Below, one piece after another: positions 1-8,939 of a stretch of DNA of 42,865 bases. The notes below the pieces were generated by a model. It did not search any database and was not told where the DNA came from. It saw only the letters and a program-made list of their open reading frames with translations. This stretch comes from Marivivens sp. (lineage in GTDB: Bacteria; Pseudomonadota; Alphaproteobacteria; Rhodobacterales; Rhodobacteraceae). Within the stretch, counting starts at the first letter, position 1, and every line of letters begins with the position of its first letter. The stretch spans positions 1-42,865 of the forward strand of contig JAHEBR010000001.1 of NCBI GenBank assembly GCA_024642185.1. Reading direction: 5' to 3'. The position numbers were made by a program, and so were the translations under genes.

Positions 1-2
1 GA

Positions 3-1526
3 TCGCGGGGCGAGCTTCCTTGGCTAGCCGATTTCATGCCCGGTATCCTCAATCACCGCGGCTATTCCATCGAACGCGCAGCAAGCCAGCTGACGCTCGG
101 TGCAGAGGGGATATTCGGCATTCCCCTTGGCGTTGCCGCGACCTTCATCTTCGTTTTCGTCCTTTTCGGGGCCTATCTCGAGGCGACCGGCGCGGGCAAG
201 TTCTTCATCGACCTCGCCTATGCCGCCACCGGCCGCCAACGTGGTGGCCCCGCCAAGGCAGCGGTTGTCGCCTCGGCGGGCATGGGCTCGATTTCGGGCT
301 CGGCCATCGCCAATGTTGTCACCACCGGTGCTTTCACCATCCCGCTGATGAAGAAGCTCGGCTACCGGCCTGCGCAGGCTGGCGGGATCGAAGCCGCCGC
401 CTCGACCGGGGGGCAGATCATGCCGCCCCTTATGGGCGCAGGTGCGTTCCTGATGAGCGAATTCACGCAGGTGCCCTATTCGCAGATCGTCCTGATCTCG
501 ATCTTTCCGGCCTTCCTCTATTTCGGCTCGGTCTACCTTCTCGTCCATATCGCGGCGGTGAAACTCGGCCTCAAGGGCCTTCCGGCGTCAGAGCTTCCGA
601 AGGTGCGCGAGGTGATGGCCGATGGTTGGCATTTCCTCTTGCCGCTGGTCGCTTTGGTGGCATTCCTCGTCGTGGGCTACTCGCCAATGCGGGTGGGATT
701 CTATGCCGTGATCTCGATCCTCGCTGCGGCAGGGCTTCGGGGTTTCATGAAGTTTCTCGCCGATGGACCTAGCGGCAAAGCCTTTGCGGCGATGATGGTC
801 CGGGCGGTGAAGCTCAACCTTTCGGCGCTCGAACTTGGCGCCCGTAATGCTGTGGCCGTTTCGATGGCCTGCGCGGTGGCGGGGATTATCGTCGGCGTCG
901 TGGGCCTCACCGGTCTTGGCCTCAAGTTCTCGGCGATGATGCTGGCCTTTTCGGGCGGCAATATTGTTCTGGCCCTGCTGCTTGTGATCCTTGCCAGCCT
1001 GATCCTTGGCATGGGCCTGCCGGTCACGGCGGCCTATATCGTCCTCATCATCCTCGTCGGCCCGGCGCTGACCCAAGAGTTCGGCGTGCCCCTTCTGATC
1101 GCACACCTCGTCGTCTTCTGGTATTCGCAGGATTCCAACGTGACACCCCCCGTGGCGCTCGCAGGCTTTGCAGCCTCCGCGATCGCGGGATCAAAACCGA
1201 TGGAGACGAGTTTCCAGGCCTGGAAATACGCCAAGGGGCTCTACCTCATCCCGCTCTTCATGGTGTTCAACGACTCGATCATTTTGGGCGGGCCGCTGCA
1301 CTACGTCCTGTGGAATGGCTTCCTCGCGATCATCGCGCTGGTGGCTTTCGCGGCGATGCTCGAGGGCTTCCTCTTCGCGACGCTATCTGTCGCACTCCGG
1401 GTGCTTCTTGCGCCCGCTATTGTGCTTGTGTTCTGGCCGGATTTCCGTTTGGAACTCGTCGGAGTGATCGTCATGCTCGGCGTCCTTGGTCTCAACTGGT
1501 CAGCCGGGCGCAAGATCGCTTCTTAA
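3..1526 (+). CDS. TRAP transporter fused 4TM/12TM permease (TAXI-type), 5'-truncated by window edge
   Basis: The frame is open from nt 3 (SRGELPWLADF precedes the listed Met at 36). The sequence is very hydrophobic and multi-TM with DctM-like segments (GIFGIPLGVAATFIFVFVLFGAYLEATGAGKFFIDLA). The visible 496 aa is shorter than typical fused permeases. Confidence 0.8.
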   Translation, partial: SRGELPWLADFMPGILNHRGYSIERAASQLTLGAEGIFGIPLGVAATFIFVFVLFGAYLEATGAGKFFIDLAYAATGRQRGGPAKAAVVASAGMGSISGSAIANVVTTGAFTIPLMKKLGYRPAQAGGIEAAASTGGQIMPPLMGAGAFLMSEFTQVPYSQIVLISIFPAFLYFGSVYLLVHIAAVKLGLKGLPASELPKVREVMADGWHFLLPLVALVAFLVVGYSPMRVGFYAVISILAAAGLRGFMKFLADGPSGKAFAAMMVRAVKLNLSALELGARNAVAVSMACAVAGIIVGVVGLTGLGLKFSAMMLAFSGGNIVLALLLVILASLILGMGLPVTAAYIVLIILVGPALTQEFGVPLLIAHLVVFWYSQDSNVTPPVALAGFAASAIAGSKPMETSFQAWKYAKGLYLIPLFMVFNDSIILGGPLHYVLWNGFLAIIALVAFAAMLEGFLFATLSVALRVLLAPAIVLVFWPDFRLELVGVIVMLGVLGLNWSAGRKIAS

Positions 1527-1550
1527 CCGCCAATCACGGACATCGCCCAA

Positions 1551-2804
1551 ATGCACGACATCTCGCCCGAGCTTCTTTCCGAAATCCGCGCCCGTTTCGC
1601 CCATGTGGATACCTGCCCCTTCGAGGGCGAGCGGGTGTTCTTTGAAAACGCGGGCGGTGCGCTGACGCTGAACTCGGTTGTCGAGACCTCGGCCAAATTC
1701 GCCGCGATCCCCGACAATCAGGGCCGCGACAATCCCGCCGCCAAGGCGCTTCAGGCGATCATCGACCAATCGAAAGAGGATATGCGGGTTCTCTTTGGCG
1801 CGCCGAAGGGATCATTCTTTGTTGGCGAAAGCGGGACAGAGCTTCTCTTTCGCCTGATCAGCGCTGCTATCCTCGCGGCACCACAGGGGCGCGTGCTTGG
1901 CTCGACGCTCGAGCACCCCGCCTCGCGCAGCGCCTGCGACCGTTGGGCCAAGATCGCGGGCAAGCCCTATGTGGTCGTGCCGCATGACGTTGAGAACGGC
2001 ATCGTCACCGCCGAACACTACCTGCCCGAAATCACCCCCGACACCGTGGTTGCCACGATCCTCCATACCTCGCCGGTCACCGGCATGGGTGTCGATGTGG
2101 CGGCGATCTCGAAGGCGATCCGCAAGGTCGCGCCCGATTGCCTCATCATCGTTGATGGCATCCAGCACGCCGCCCATGGCCGCCTCGATATCGAAAGCTA
2201 CGGCATCGATGGCTATGTGATCTCGCCCTACAAGGTCTTTTCGCGGCACGGCTATGGCGTGGCATGGGTCTCGGACCGGCTCGCCAAGATGCCCCACAAC
2301 CACCTTCTCAACGCGCCGGGCGGCCCGTGGGAAATGGGCACGCGCGATACCGGTGCCTATGCGGCCTTCTCGGACGTTGTGAGCTATTTCGAATGGCTCG
2401 GCAGCAAAGTGACCGACAGCACCGACCGGCGCGAGCGGATCCGCGCGGCGGGCGAGGCGATCCACGCCCACGAGGCGCGGCTGACCAATGCGATGCTGCA
2501 CGGCTATGGCAACCTCAAGGGCCTTGCCGATCTGCCGGATGTGATCATCGTCGGCGGTATCGACAATCCCGCGCGCGAGGGCCTTGTCTCCTTCGCCATC
2601 AAGGGCAAGCCCTCGACCGAGATCGTCGAGGCCCTGCGCCTCAAGGGCGTGAGGGTGCATACCCGCAAGGCCGACCACTATTCGGGCAACATCCTTGATC
2701 CGATGGGCCTCGATAGCTGTATCCGCGTCTCGATGTGCCACTACAACAGCGAGGCCGAGGTCGCCAAATTCCTCGCCGCCATGCAGGAAATCGCCTACGC
2801 CTAG
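1551..2804 (+). CDS. Aminotransferase class V-fold PLP-dependent enzyme (cysteine desulfurase/SufS-like family)
   Basis: 417 aa. It has a PLP-lysine context (YVISPYKVFSRHGYG) and the overall class V layout. Its C-terminal CHYN motif resembles the SufS-like subfamily. Confidence 0.7.
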   Translation: MHDISPELLSEIRARFAHVDTCPFEGERVFFENAGGALTLNSVVETSAKFAAIPDNQGRDNPAAKALQAIIDQSKEDMRVLFGAPKGSFFVGESGTELLFRLISAAILAAPQGRVLGSTLEHPASRSACDRWAKIAGKPYVVVPHDVENGIVTAEHYLPEITPDTVVATILHTSPVTGMGVDVAAISKAIRKVAPDCLIIVDGIQHAAHGRLDIESYGIDGYVISPYKVFSRHGYGVAWVSDRLAKMPHNHLLNAPGGPWEMGTRDTGAYAAFSDVVSYFEWLGSKVTDSTDRRERIRAAGEAIHAHEARLTNAMLHGYGNLKGLADLPDVIIVGGIDNPAREGLVSFAIKGKPSTEIVEALRLKGVRVHTRKADHYSGNILDPMGLDSCIRVSMCHYNSEAEVAKFLAAMQEIAYA

Positions 2805-3676
2805 GGCGTCTTGCGGAAGATCCGCGTCGAGCGGAACATTTCCTCAAGCTTCTCGATCCGCTCGCGCGATTCTTCCCAGTCGCGCGATTGGACATCGGCA
2901 ATCAGAGCCTCGGAAATGAGGTTGATCGCGATGGTCGAGTCCCAACTGGACGGAACTTCGACCATCGCGTTGAACGTATAGTTGGCGATCTTGCTGACCG
3001 GCGAACCCCATTGATCGGTGAAGAGGATGATCGTTGTCCCCTGTTCCTTTGCAAGCCGCGCAAGTTTAGCCAGTTCGGATTCGTAGCGGCGGATATCAAA
3101 GAGGATCAGCACCGAACCCGCGTTCATATCGAGAAGATACTGGGGCCAGACGTTGGGCGATTGCGCAAGCAGCGTGACGCTGGGCCGGATTATCTGAAGG
3201 TGGTTGAACAGATAGTCCGCGTTCGAGCGGGTGATCCGGCCACCCGAAAGATAGACTGCACGGGAGGGGTCGGCGAGGATTTCGGCCACCGCGTTGAAGG
3301 TTGCCGGATCGAGGCGCTCGATCGTGTGCTGGAGGTTGTCAAACACGGCCTCGGCGAAATCCCGAAACGCGGGGGAATCAGAGCGGTTGGCCAGCCAGCC
3401 GTCGCGCTTGCGGATTGGCTTCTTGATCTGGGCCGAGGCTTCCTCGCGCAGCGCCCCCTGAAACTCGGGAAATCCATCGAAGCCGAGCTTGCGCGCCATA
3501 CGGATCACCGTCGGCGTCGAGACATTGGCGACCGCCGCGAGCTTGGTGATCGATTGCAGCCCGGCGATGGGATAATCGCGCAATAGAACGTCGGCAAGTT
3601 GACGCTCTGCCGGGGTCAGGGTCTCGGTATTATCCTGAATGATCTCTTTGACGATGCGGTGGCTACGCGGCTTCAT
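2801..3676 (-). CDS. MurR/RpiR family transcriptional regulator (HTH_6 + SIS domain)
   Basis: The N-terminal HTH reads ITKLAAVANVSTPTVIRMARKLGFDGFPEF, followed by a SIS-like sugar-phosphate binding domain. It is divergent from the catabolic operon. Its 4-nt tail overlaps the convergent upstream gene. Confidence 0.8.
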   Translation of the reverse strand: MKPRSHRIVKEIIQDNTETLTPAERQLADVLLRDYPIAGLQSITKLAAVANVSTPTVIRMARKLGFDGFPEFQGALREEASAQIKKPIRKRDGWLANRSDSPAFRDFAEAVFDNLQHTIERLDPATFNAVAEILADPSRAVYLSGGRITRSNADYLFNHLQIIRPSVTLLAQSPNVWPQYLLDMNAGSVLILFDIRRYESELAKLARLAKEQGTTIILFTDQWGSPVSKIANYTFNAMVEVPSSWDSTIAINLISEALIADVQSRDWEESRERIEKLEEMFRSTRIFRKTP

Positions 3677-3688
3677 GAAACACTCTGT

Positions 3689-3744
3689 AATTTTCTCTAC
3701 AGACTAGTATCACTCCGAAGCGTCGTCTACGAAATTTTCTTGAC
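3689..3744. promoter_or_regulatory. Pair of 12-nt direct repeats (AATTTTCTCTAC / AATTTTCTTGAC), candidate operator sites in the divergent regulator/operon spacer
   Basis: The repeats lie at 3689-3700 and 3733-3744, are 10/12 identical, and are spaced 44 bp start to start. The second repeat overlaps the predicted -35 box. Confidence 0.3.
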
Positions 3745-3768
3745 AGGTGAAAATGGGCTGTAGCTAAT
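3740..3768 (+). promoter_or_regulatory. Putative sigma70-type promoter of the catabolic operon (TTGACA-N17-GCTAAT)
   Basis: TTGACA lies at 3740-3745 and GCTAAT at 3763-3768. The -10 box ends 6 nt before the ATG at 3775, and no Shine-Dalgarno is visible, so the transcript may be leaderless. Confidence 0.35.
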
Positions 3769-3774
3769 GCTTCC

Positions 3775-4566
3775 ATGAAGCGCCCTGCTGCCAATCACAT
3801 TCTTGCCCCTGAAGAGGGCCCCGCCGCCGCGATCTACCGCGCGGATGGCAGGGCGCCGGTGTTGCTTGTCTGTGAACACGCAAGCTCCTACATCCCCGCC
3901 TCGCTTTCGGATCTCGGCCTCGCTACGGCCGACCGGCTCAGCCATGCCGTCTGGGACATCGGCGCCATCGACATGGCGATGCACATCGCCGACCTTCTGG
4001 ATGCGCCGCTGGTTCATTCGCGCGTGTCGCGGCTGGTCTATGATTGCAACCGCCCGCCCAGCGCCGCCTCGGCCTTTCCGGAGAAATCCGAAACGATCGA
4101 GGTTCCGGGCAATCGGGATCTGAGCGATGCAGATCGGGCGATGCGGACCCGCGAAATCTATGATCCCTTCCGGCAGCTTCTCGCATCGACCCTCGACGGA
4201 TTCGCCACAAGGCCCGCGCTCATCACGATCCACACCTTCACGCCAACGTGGTTCGGCACCGCCCGCGCGACCGAGCTTGGCGTTCTTCACGACGCTGACG
4301 ACCAGCTTGCAAGGGCCGTTCTGGCCGCGGCGCTCAGCCAGACCACGCTGCGCGCCGAGATGAACCAGCCCTATGCCGCTGTCGATGGGGTCACACACAC
4401 CTTGCGTGAACACGCGATCCCGCGCGGAATCGAGAATGTGATGATCGAGGTTCGCAACGACCTTGTCTCCGACCAAGCCAGCGCAGACCGGCTCGGAACG
4501 ATGCTCGCCTCGGTCTTTGCCGAGGCGCTCAACCTACCAACCACCACGCGACAGGGAGCAAGGTGA
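3775..4566 (+). CDS. N-formylglutamate amidohydrolase (FGase, PF05013-like) family hydrolase
   Basis: 263 aa. The characteristic N-terminal LLVCEHAS motif is present, along with a later HTF/IEVRND pattern typical of this family. It is the first gene of the operon. Confidence 0.75.
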   Translation: MKRPAANHILAPEEGPAAAIYRADGRAPVLLVCEHASSYIPASLSDLGLATADRLSHAVWDIGAIDMAMHIADLLDAPLVHSRVSRLVYDCNRPPSAASAFPEKSETIEVPGNRDLSDADRAMRTREIYDPFRQLLASTLDGFATRPALITIHTFTPTWFGTARATELGVLHDADDQLARAVLAAALSQTTLRAEMNQPYAAVDGVTHTLREHAIPRGIENVMIEVRNDLVSDQASADRLGTMLASVFAEALNLPTTTRQGAR

Positions 4567-5093
4567 TGGGGCTGATTAAAGGCTACATCAGGATCGTCGA
4601 CGGCTTTAATCGCCGGATCGGACGCATCGTGATGTATGGGATCTTCGTGATGATGGGGATCCTGCTTTGGTCGACCTTTTCAAAGGTTGGCAGCGATCTC
4701 GGCTTCGACATCAACCCATCGCTCTGGACGCTTGAAATGGCCCAATTCGCGATGGTCGCCTACTATATCCTTGGCGGGCCCTATTCGATCCAGCTCGGCT
4801 CGAATGTGCGGATGGACCTGATCTATGGAGAATTGTCGAACCACCGCAAAGCCTGGGTCGACAGCTTCAGCGTGCTCTTCCTGATCTTCTATCTCGGCGT
4901 CCTCCTGTGGGGCGGCCTCGAGAGCACCCAATATTCCTTCAAATACGGCGGCGAGCGTAGCCCGACCGCCTGGCGGCCCTATCTCTGGCCGATCAAGATC
5001 ATCATGGTGACTGGTATTTCCCTCATGCTGCTTCAGGCTATCTCCGAGCTTTTCAAAGACATCCTGCGTATCCGCGATGAGGAGATCGCCTGA
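4566..5093 (+). CDS. TRAP transporter small permease (DctQ-like)
   Basis: About 175 aa with 4 predicted TM segments. The ATG at 4566 overlaps the upstream TGA (GTGATG); an alternative GTG lies at 4563. The stop overlaps the start of the large permease. Confidence 0.8.
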   Translation: MGLIKGYIRIVDGFNRRIGRIVMYGIFVMMGILLWSTFSKVGSDLGFDINPSLWTLEMAQFAMVAYYILGGPYSIQLGSNVRMDLIYGELSNHRKAWVDSFSVLFLIFYLGVLLWGGLESTQYSFKYGGERSPTAWRPYLWPIKIIMVTGISLMLLQAISELFKDILRIRDEEIA

Positions 5094-6418
5094 TGTCCTA
5101 TGAAATGATCGCCATCCTGATGTTCTCGACCATGATGCTCATGCTGCTGACCGGTCAGCGCGTGTTCGGCGCCATCGGGTTTGTTGCCGTTGTCGCCGCG
5201 CTGTTGCTCTGGGGCGACCGGGGCGGCTATGACCTCGGCTTCGCCGCGGCGATGAAGCTGATGAAATGGTATCCGCTGCTGACGCTGCCGATGTTCATCT
5301 TCATGGGCTATGTGCTTTCGGAAAGCCGGATTGCCGACGATCTTTACAAGATGTTCCATGTCTGGATGGGCGGCCTGCCCGGCGGGCTGGCGGTTGGCAC
5401 CATCGGCCTCATGGTGCTTATCTCCGCGATGAACGGCCTCTCGGTCGCCGGTATGGCCATTGGCGCGACCATCGCGTTGCCCGAACTTCTCAGGCGCGGC
5501 TATGACAAGAAGATGGTGACGGGCGTGATCCAGGCCGGATCGTCGCTCGGCATTCTGGTGCCGCCTTCGGTGGTCTTGGTGCTCTATGCGATGATCGCCC
5601 GCCAGCCGGTCGGCCAGCTCTGGCTTGCCGGTGTCATACCGGGCCTGATGATGGCGGCGATGTTCATCATCTACATCATCATCCGCTGCAAGATCACACC
5701 CTCTCTAGGGCCGGTCTTGTCGCCCGAAGAGCGCGAGATGGACAAGCGCGAGAAATTCCGGCTGCTGGGCGCGGGGATTCTGCCTCTTTTCATCTTTGCC
5801 TCGATGATGGTCCCCTTCATCAACGGCTGGACATCGCTTGTCGAAAGCTCGGCCATTGGTGCGATTGCGGCCTTCCTTGCCGCTGTCTTCAAGGGCCGCA
5901 TGACCCGCGAAGTTTTCGAGACCAGCGTGCGCCAGACCCTCGCGATCACCTGCATGTTCATGTGGATTATCCTCGCGGCACTGGCCTTCGGTTCGGTCTT
6001 CGACGGCCTTGGCGCAGTGAAGGCGATCGAGTTCCTGTTCACCGAACAGCTCGGCCTAAGCCCCTGGATGATCCTGATCATCATGCAACTGAGCTTTATC
6101 GTCATGGGCACATTCCTAGACGACACAGCGATGCTCGTGATCGTGGCGCCCCTCTATGTGCCGCTTGTCGATCACCTCGGGTTTGACCTGATCTGGTATG
6201 GCGTCCTCTACACGATCACCACGCAGATCGCCTATATGACCCCGCCTTTCGGCTATAACCTCTTCCTCATGCGCGCGATGGCCCCGCCCGAGATCGGCCT
6301 GCGCGATATTTATGCATCCATCGTCCCGTTCGTTCTGGTGATGGTTGGCGCCTTGGCCATTGTGATGATCTTTCCCCAGATCGCGCTCTGGCTGCCGGAA
6401 CACGTCTACAACAAATAA
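5093..6418 (+). CDS. TRAP transporter large permease (DctM-like)
   Basis: 441 aa with roughly 12 TM segments. It has a TGATG junction with dctQ and typical DctM segments (GLSVAGMAIGATIALPELLRRGY). Confidence 0.85.
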   Translation: MSYEMIAILMFSTMMLMLLTGQRVFGAIGFVAVVAALLLWGDRGGYDLGFAAAMKLMKWYPLLTLPMFIFMGYVLSESRIADDLYKMFHVWMGGLPGGLAVGTIGLMVLISAMNGLSVAGMAIGATIALPELLRRGYDKKMVTGVIQAGSSLGILVPPSVVLVLYAMIARQPVGQLWLAGVIPGLMMAAMFIIYIIIRCKITPSLGPVLSPEEREMDKREKFRLLGAGILPLFIFASMMVPFINGWTSLVESSAIGAIAAFLAAVFKGRMTREVFETSVRQTLAITCMFMWIILAALAFGSVFDGLGAVKAIEFLFTEQLGLSPWMILIIMQLSFIVMGTFLDDTAMLVIVAPLYVPLVDHLGFDLIWYGVLYTITTQIAYMTPPFGYNLFLMRAMAPPEIGLRDIYASIVPFVLVMVGALAIVMIFPQIALWLPEHVYNK

Positions 6419-6483
6419 CCCCAAGACCCCGCCAAGGGGCGCCGGGCAAGAGCCCAAACATAGCAACTAGGAGGACTTGAAAA

Positions 6484-7515
6484 ATGACTACCAGACGTAA
6501 GTTTTTGTATGGAGCGGCCGCCGCGGCCCCGGCCGCACTTGCCGCCCCGGCGATTGCGCAATCGACAATCAAATGGCGGCTTCAGACCTATGCCGGCCCG
6601 GCCCTTGCCGAGCATGTCATCGTGCCTGCGATCAATATGTTCAACCAGATCGCCGGCGACCGGATGCAGATCGAGCTTTATTTCGCCGATCAGCTGGTTC
6701 CGACGGGCGAACTGTTCCAGGCGATGCAGCGCGGCACGATCGACGCCGTCCAGTCGGACGACGACTCGATGGCCTCGCCGACCGAAGTCACCGTGTTCGG
6801 CGGCTACTTCCCCTTCGCGAGCCGCTATAGCCTCGATGTGCCGGTGCTGTTCAACCAGTATGGCCTCAAGGAAATCTGGGAAGCCGAATATGCCAAGGTC
6901 GGTGTTCAGCACATCAGCGCCGGTTCGTGGGATCCTTGCCACTTCAACACCAAGGATCCGATCAACAGCCTTGCAGACCTCAACGGCAAGCGGATCTTTA
7001 CCTTCCCCACCGCAGGCCGTTTCCTGCAACAGTTCGGCGTCATCCCGGTCACACTGCCGTGGGAAGACATCGAGGTTGCCGTGCAGACCGGCGAGCTTGA
7101 CGGTATCGCATGGTCGGGCATCACCGAAGACTACACTGTTGGCTGGGCCGATGTGACCAACTACTTCCTGACCAACAACATCTCGGGCGCCTGGATCGGC
7201 CACTTCTTCGCCAATCAGGATCGCTGGAACGAGCTGCCGGAAGACCTCAAGACCCTCTTCCGCGTTTGCGCCGACCAGTCGCACTATTATCGCCAGTGGT
7301 GGTATTGGGGTGGCGAGGCCTCGCTGCGTGTCGATGGCACCAAGATGCAGCTCACCTCGATCCCTGATTCCGAGTGGTCGACCGTCGAAGCTGCCGCTCG
7401 CGTCTTCTGGGACGAGATCGCATCGGAAAGCGAGACGAAGGCCAAGGTCGTCGATATCATCAAGAAATATAACGCGGATATGGACAAGGCCGGCCGGCCC
7501 TACCGTTATTCGTGA
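6484..7515 (+). CDS. TRAP transporter periplasmic solute-binding protein (DctP-type, Tat signal)
   Basis: The twin-arginine signal reads MTTRRKFLYGAAAAAPAALAAPAIAQ. A strong RBS (AGGAGG) sits 6-11 nt upstream. The size of 343 aa fits the family. Confidence 0.8.
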   Translation: MTTRRKFLYGAAAAAPAALAAPAIAQSTIKWRLQTYAGPALAEHVIVPAINMFNQIAGDRMQIELYFADQLVPTGELFQAMQRGTIDAVQSDDDSMASPTEVTVFGGYFPFASRYSLDVPVLFNQYGLKEIWEAEYAKVGVQHISAGSWDPCHFNTKDPINSLADLNGKRIFTFPTAGRFLQQFGVIPVTLPWEDIEVAVQTGELDGIAWSGITEDYTVGWADVTNYFLTNNISGAWIGHFFANQDRWNELPEDLKTLFRVCADQSHYYRQWWYWGGEASLRVDGTKMQLTSIPDSEWSTVEAAARVFWDEIASESETKAKVVDIIKKYNADMDKAGRPYRYS

Positions 7516-7523
7516 TGCAATCC

Positions 7524-7551
7524 GGCGTCCGGGGGTTCGCTCCCGGACGCC
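7524..7551 (+). terminator. Intra-operon 10-bp GC-rich stem-loop after the SBP gene (partial terminator or mRNA stabiliser)
   Basis: The hairpin is GGCGTCCGGG-ggttcgct-CCCGGACGCC. It begins 9 nt after the dctP stop and is followed by ccaatttgagttt. Confidence 0.4.
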
Positions 7552-7576
7552 CCAATTTGAGTTTCGGGAGATTTAG

Positions 7577-8938
7577 ATGTCGGGAACCCTCACCCTGCAA
7601 CGGCTGCGCGAGATGGCAGCCGAGGAAATCATTGATACGGTTCTGGTCTGCATGGTCGATATGCAGGGCCGCCTGATGGGCAAGCGCTTTCACGTCCAGA
7701 ACTTCCTCGACAGCTCCCACGACGAGACACATTGCTGCAACTATCTCCTCGCCACCGACCTCGAGATGGCGACGCCCGATGGCTATGCCTCGACCAGCTG
7801 GCGCGCCGGTTACGGCGACTATGTGATGAAGCCTGATCTATCGACGATGCGCCGTGTTCCATGGCTTGAAGGAACAGCGCTCGTCCTGTGCGACGTTCTC
7901 GATCACCATCACGAACCTGTCGCCCATTCCCCCCGGCAAATTCTCAAAGCCCAGACCGCGCGGCTTGCCGCGATGGGGTTTGAGGCGATGATGGCGACAG
8001 AGCTTGAATTCTTTCTCTTCGACCAGACCTACAAGGAACTGGCGGCCACCGGCTTCCGCGATCTGAAACCGATCAGCGCCTATAACGAGGATTACCATAT
8101 CCTTCAGACCTCGAAGGAAGAGGCCGTGATGCGCCCGCTGCGCAATCACCTCTTTGCCGCCGGTATCCCGGTTGAGAATACCAAGGGCGAGGCCGAGGCA
8201 GGGCAAGAGGAGCTCAACATCAAATACGCCGAGGCCGTGCTCTGCGCCGATCACCACACGATCGCCAAGCACGCGGTCAAGGAGATTGCCTGGGCCAATG
8301 GCGTCGCGGCGACGTTCCTGCCGAAATGGCACCAGGAGCGGACCGGCAGTTCGAGCCATGTGCATATGTCGCTTTGGAAGGACGGCAAGAACGTCTTCCA
8401 AGATCCCAAGGGCCCGCACGGAATGTCGGCCCTGATGGAAAGCTTTGTCGCGGGTCTTTTGGCCTATGCCGCCGATAGCACCGTGTTCTTCGCGCCCTAT
8501 ATCAACAGCTACAAGCGCTTCATGAAGGGCACATTCGCCCCCACCAAGATCGCCTGGTCGATCGACAACCGCACCGCCGGCTTCCGACTTTGCGGTGAAG
8601 GCTCCAAGGCTGTCCGGATCGAATGCCGCATCGGTGGCTCGGACATGAACCCCTATCTCGCGCAGGCCGCCCTTCTGGCCGCGGGGATCAAAGGGATGGA
8701 AGACAAGCTGAAACTCGCCGGTCCCACCACAGGCGATGTTTACGACGACGCGAGCGTGCAGCATATCCCCTCGAACCTGCGCGACGCGACCGAGGCGCTG
8801 CGCGGCTCCAAGATGCTGCGCGAGGCGATGGGCGACTGGGTGGTCAACCACTATGTCCGCTGTGCGGAGTGGGAACAGGAAGAGTTTGACAAGGTGGTCA
8901 CCGATTGGGAGATCGCCCGCGGTTTTGAAAGGGCCTGA
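7577..8938 (+). CDS. Glutamine synthetase family protein (gamma-glutamyl-amine ligase, PuuA/IpuC-like)
   Basis: 453 aa with GS catalytic-domain signatures (ATELEFFLF, NxKGEAEAGQEELN, SSSHVHMSLW). An RBS (GGGAG) lies upstream. Confidence 0.8.
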   Translation: MSGTLTLQRLREMAAEEIIDTVLVCMVDMQGRLMGKRFHVQNFLDSSHDETHCCNYLLATDLEMATPDGYASTSWRAGYGDYVMKPDLSTMRRVPWLEGTALVLCDVLDHHHEPVAHSPRQILKAQTARLAAMGFEAMMATELEFFLFDQTYKELAATGFRDLKPISAYNEDYHILQTSKEEAVMRPLRNHLFAAGIPVENTKGEAEAGQEELNIKYAEAVLCADHHTIAKHAVKEIAWANGVAATFLPKWHQERTGSSSHVHMSLWKDGKNVFQDPKGPHGMSALMESFVAGLLAYAADSTVFFAPYINSYKRFMKGTFAPTKIAWSIDNRTAGFRLCGEGSKAVRIECRIGGSDMNPYLAQAALLAAGIKGMEDKLKLAGPTTGDVYDDASVQHIPSNLRDATEALRGSKMLREAMGDWVVNHYVRCAEWEQEEFDKVVTDWEIARGFERA

Positions 8939-8939
8939 C

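Noticed and set aside
7524-7554. tRNA T-arm/acceptor-like hairpin (loop GGTTCGCT, followed by CCA) as a possible tRNA fragment or att site
   Set aside because: No D-arm or anticodon arm is present, and the loop deviates from TTCRANY (C at the A58 position). It sits inside an operon with no integrase or repeat partner in the window.
8736-8939. N-terminal extension of the ALDH ORF; similar extensions occur at 14092-14289, 24714-24866, 25511-25603 and 42717-42851
   Set aside because: The extensions overlap upstream genes or intergenic hairpins, are Arg/Pro/Ala-rich, and precede internal starts. Those internal starts match conserved family N-termini and have RBS or stop-start coupling.
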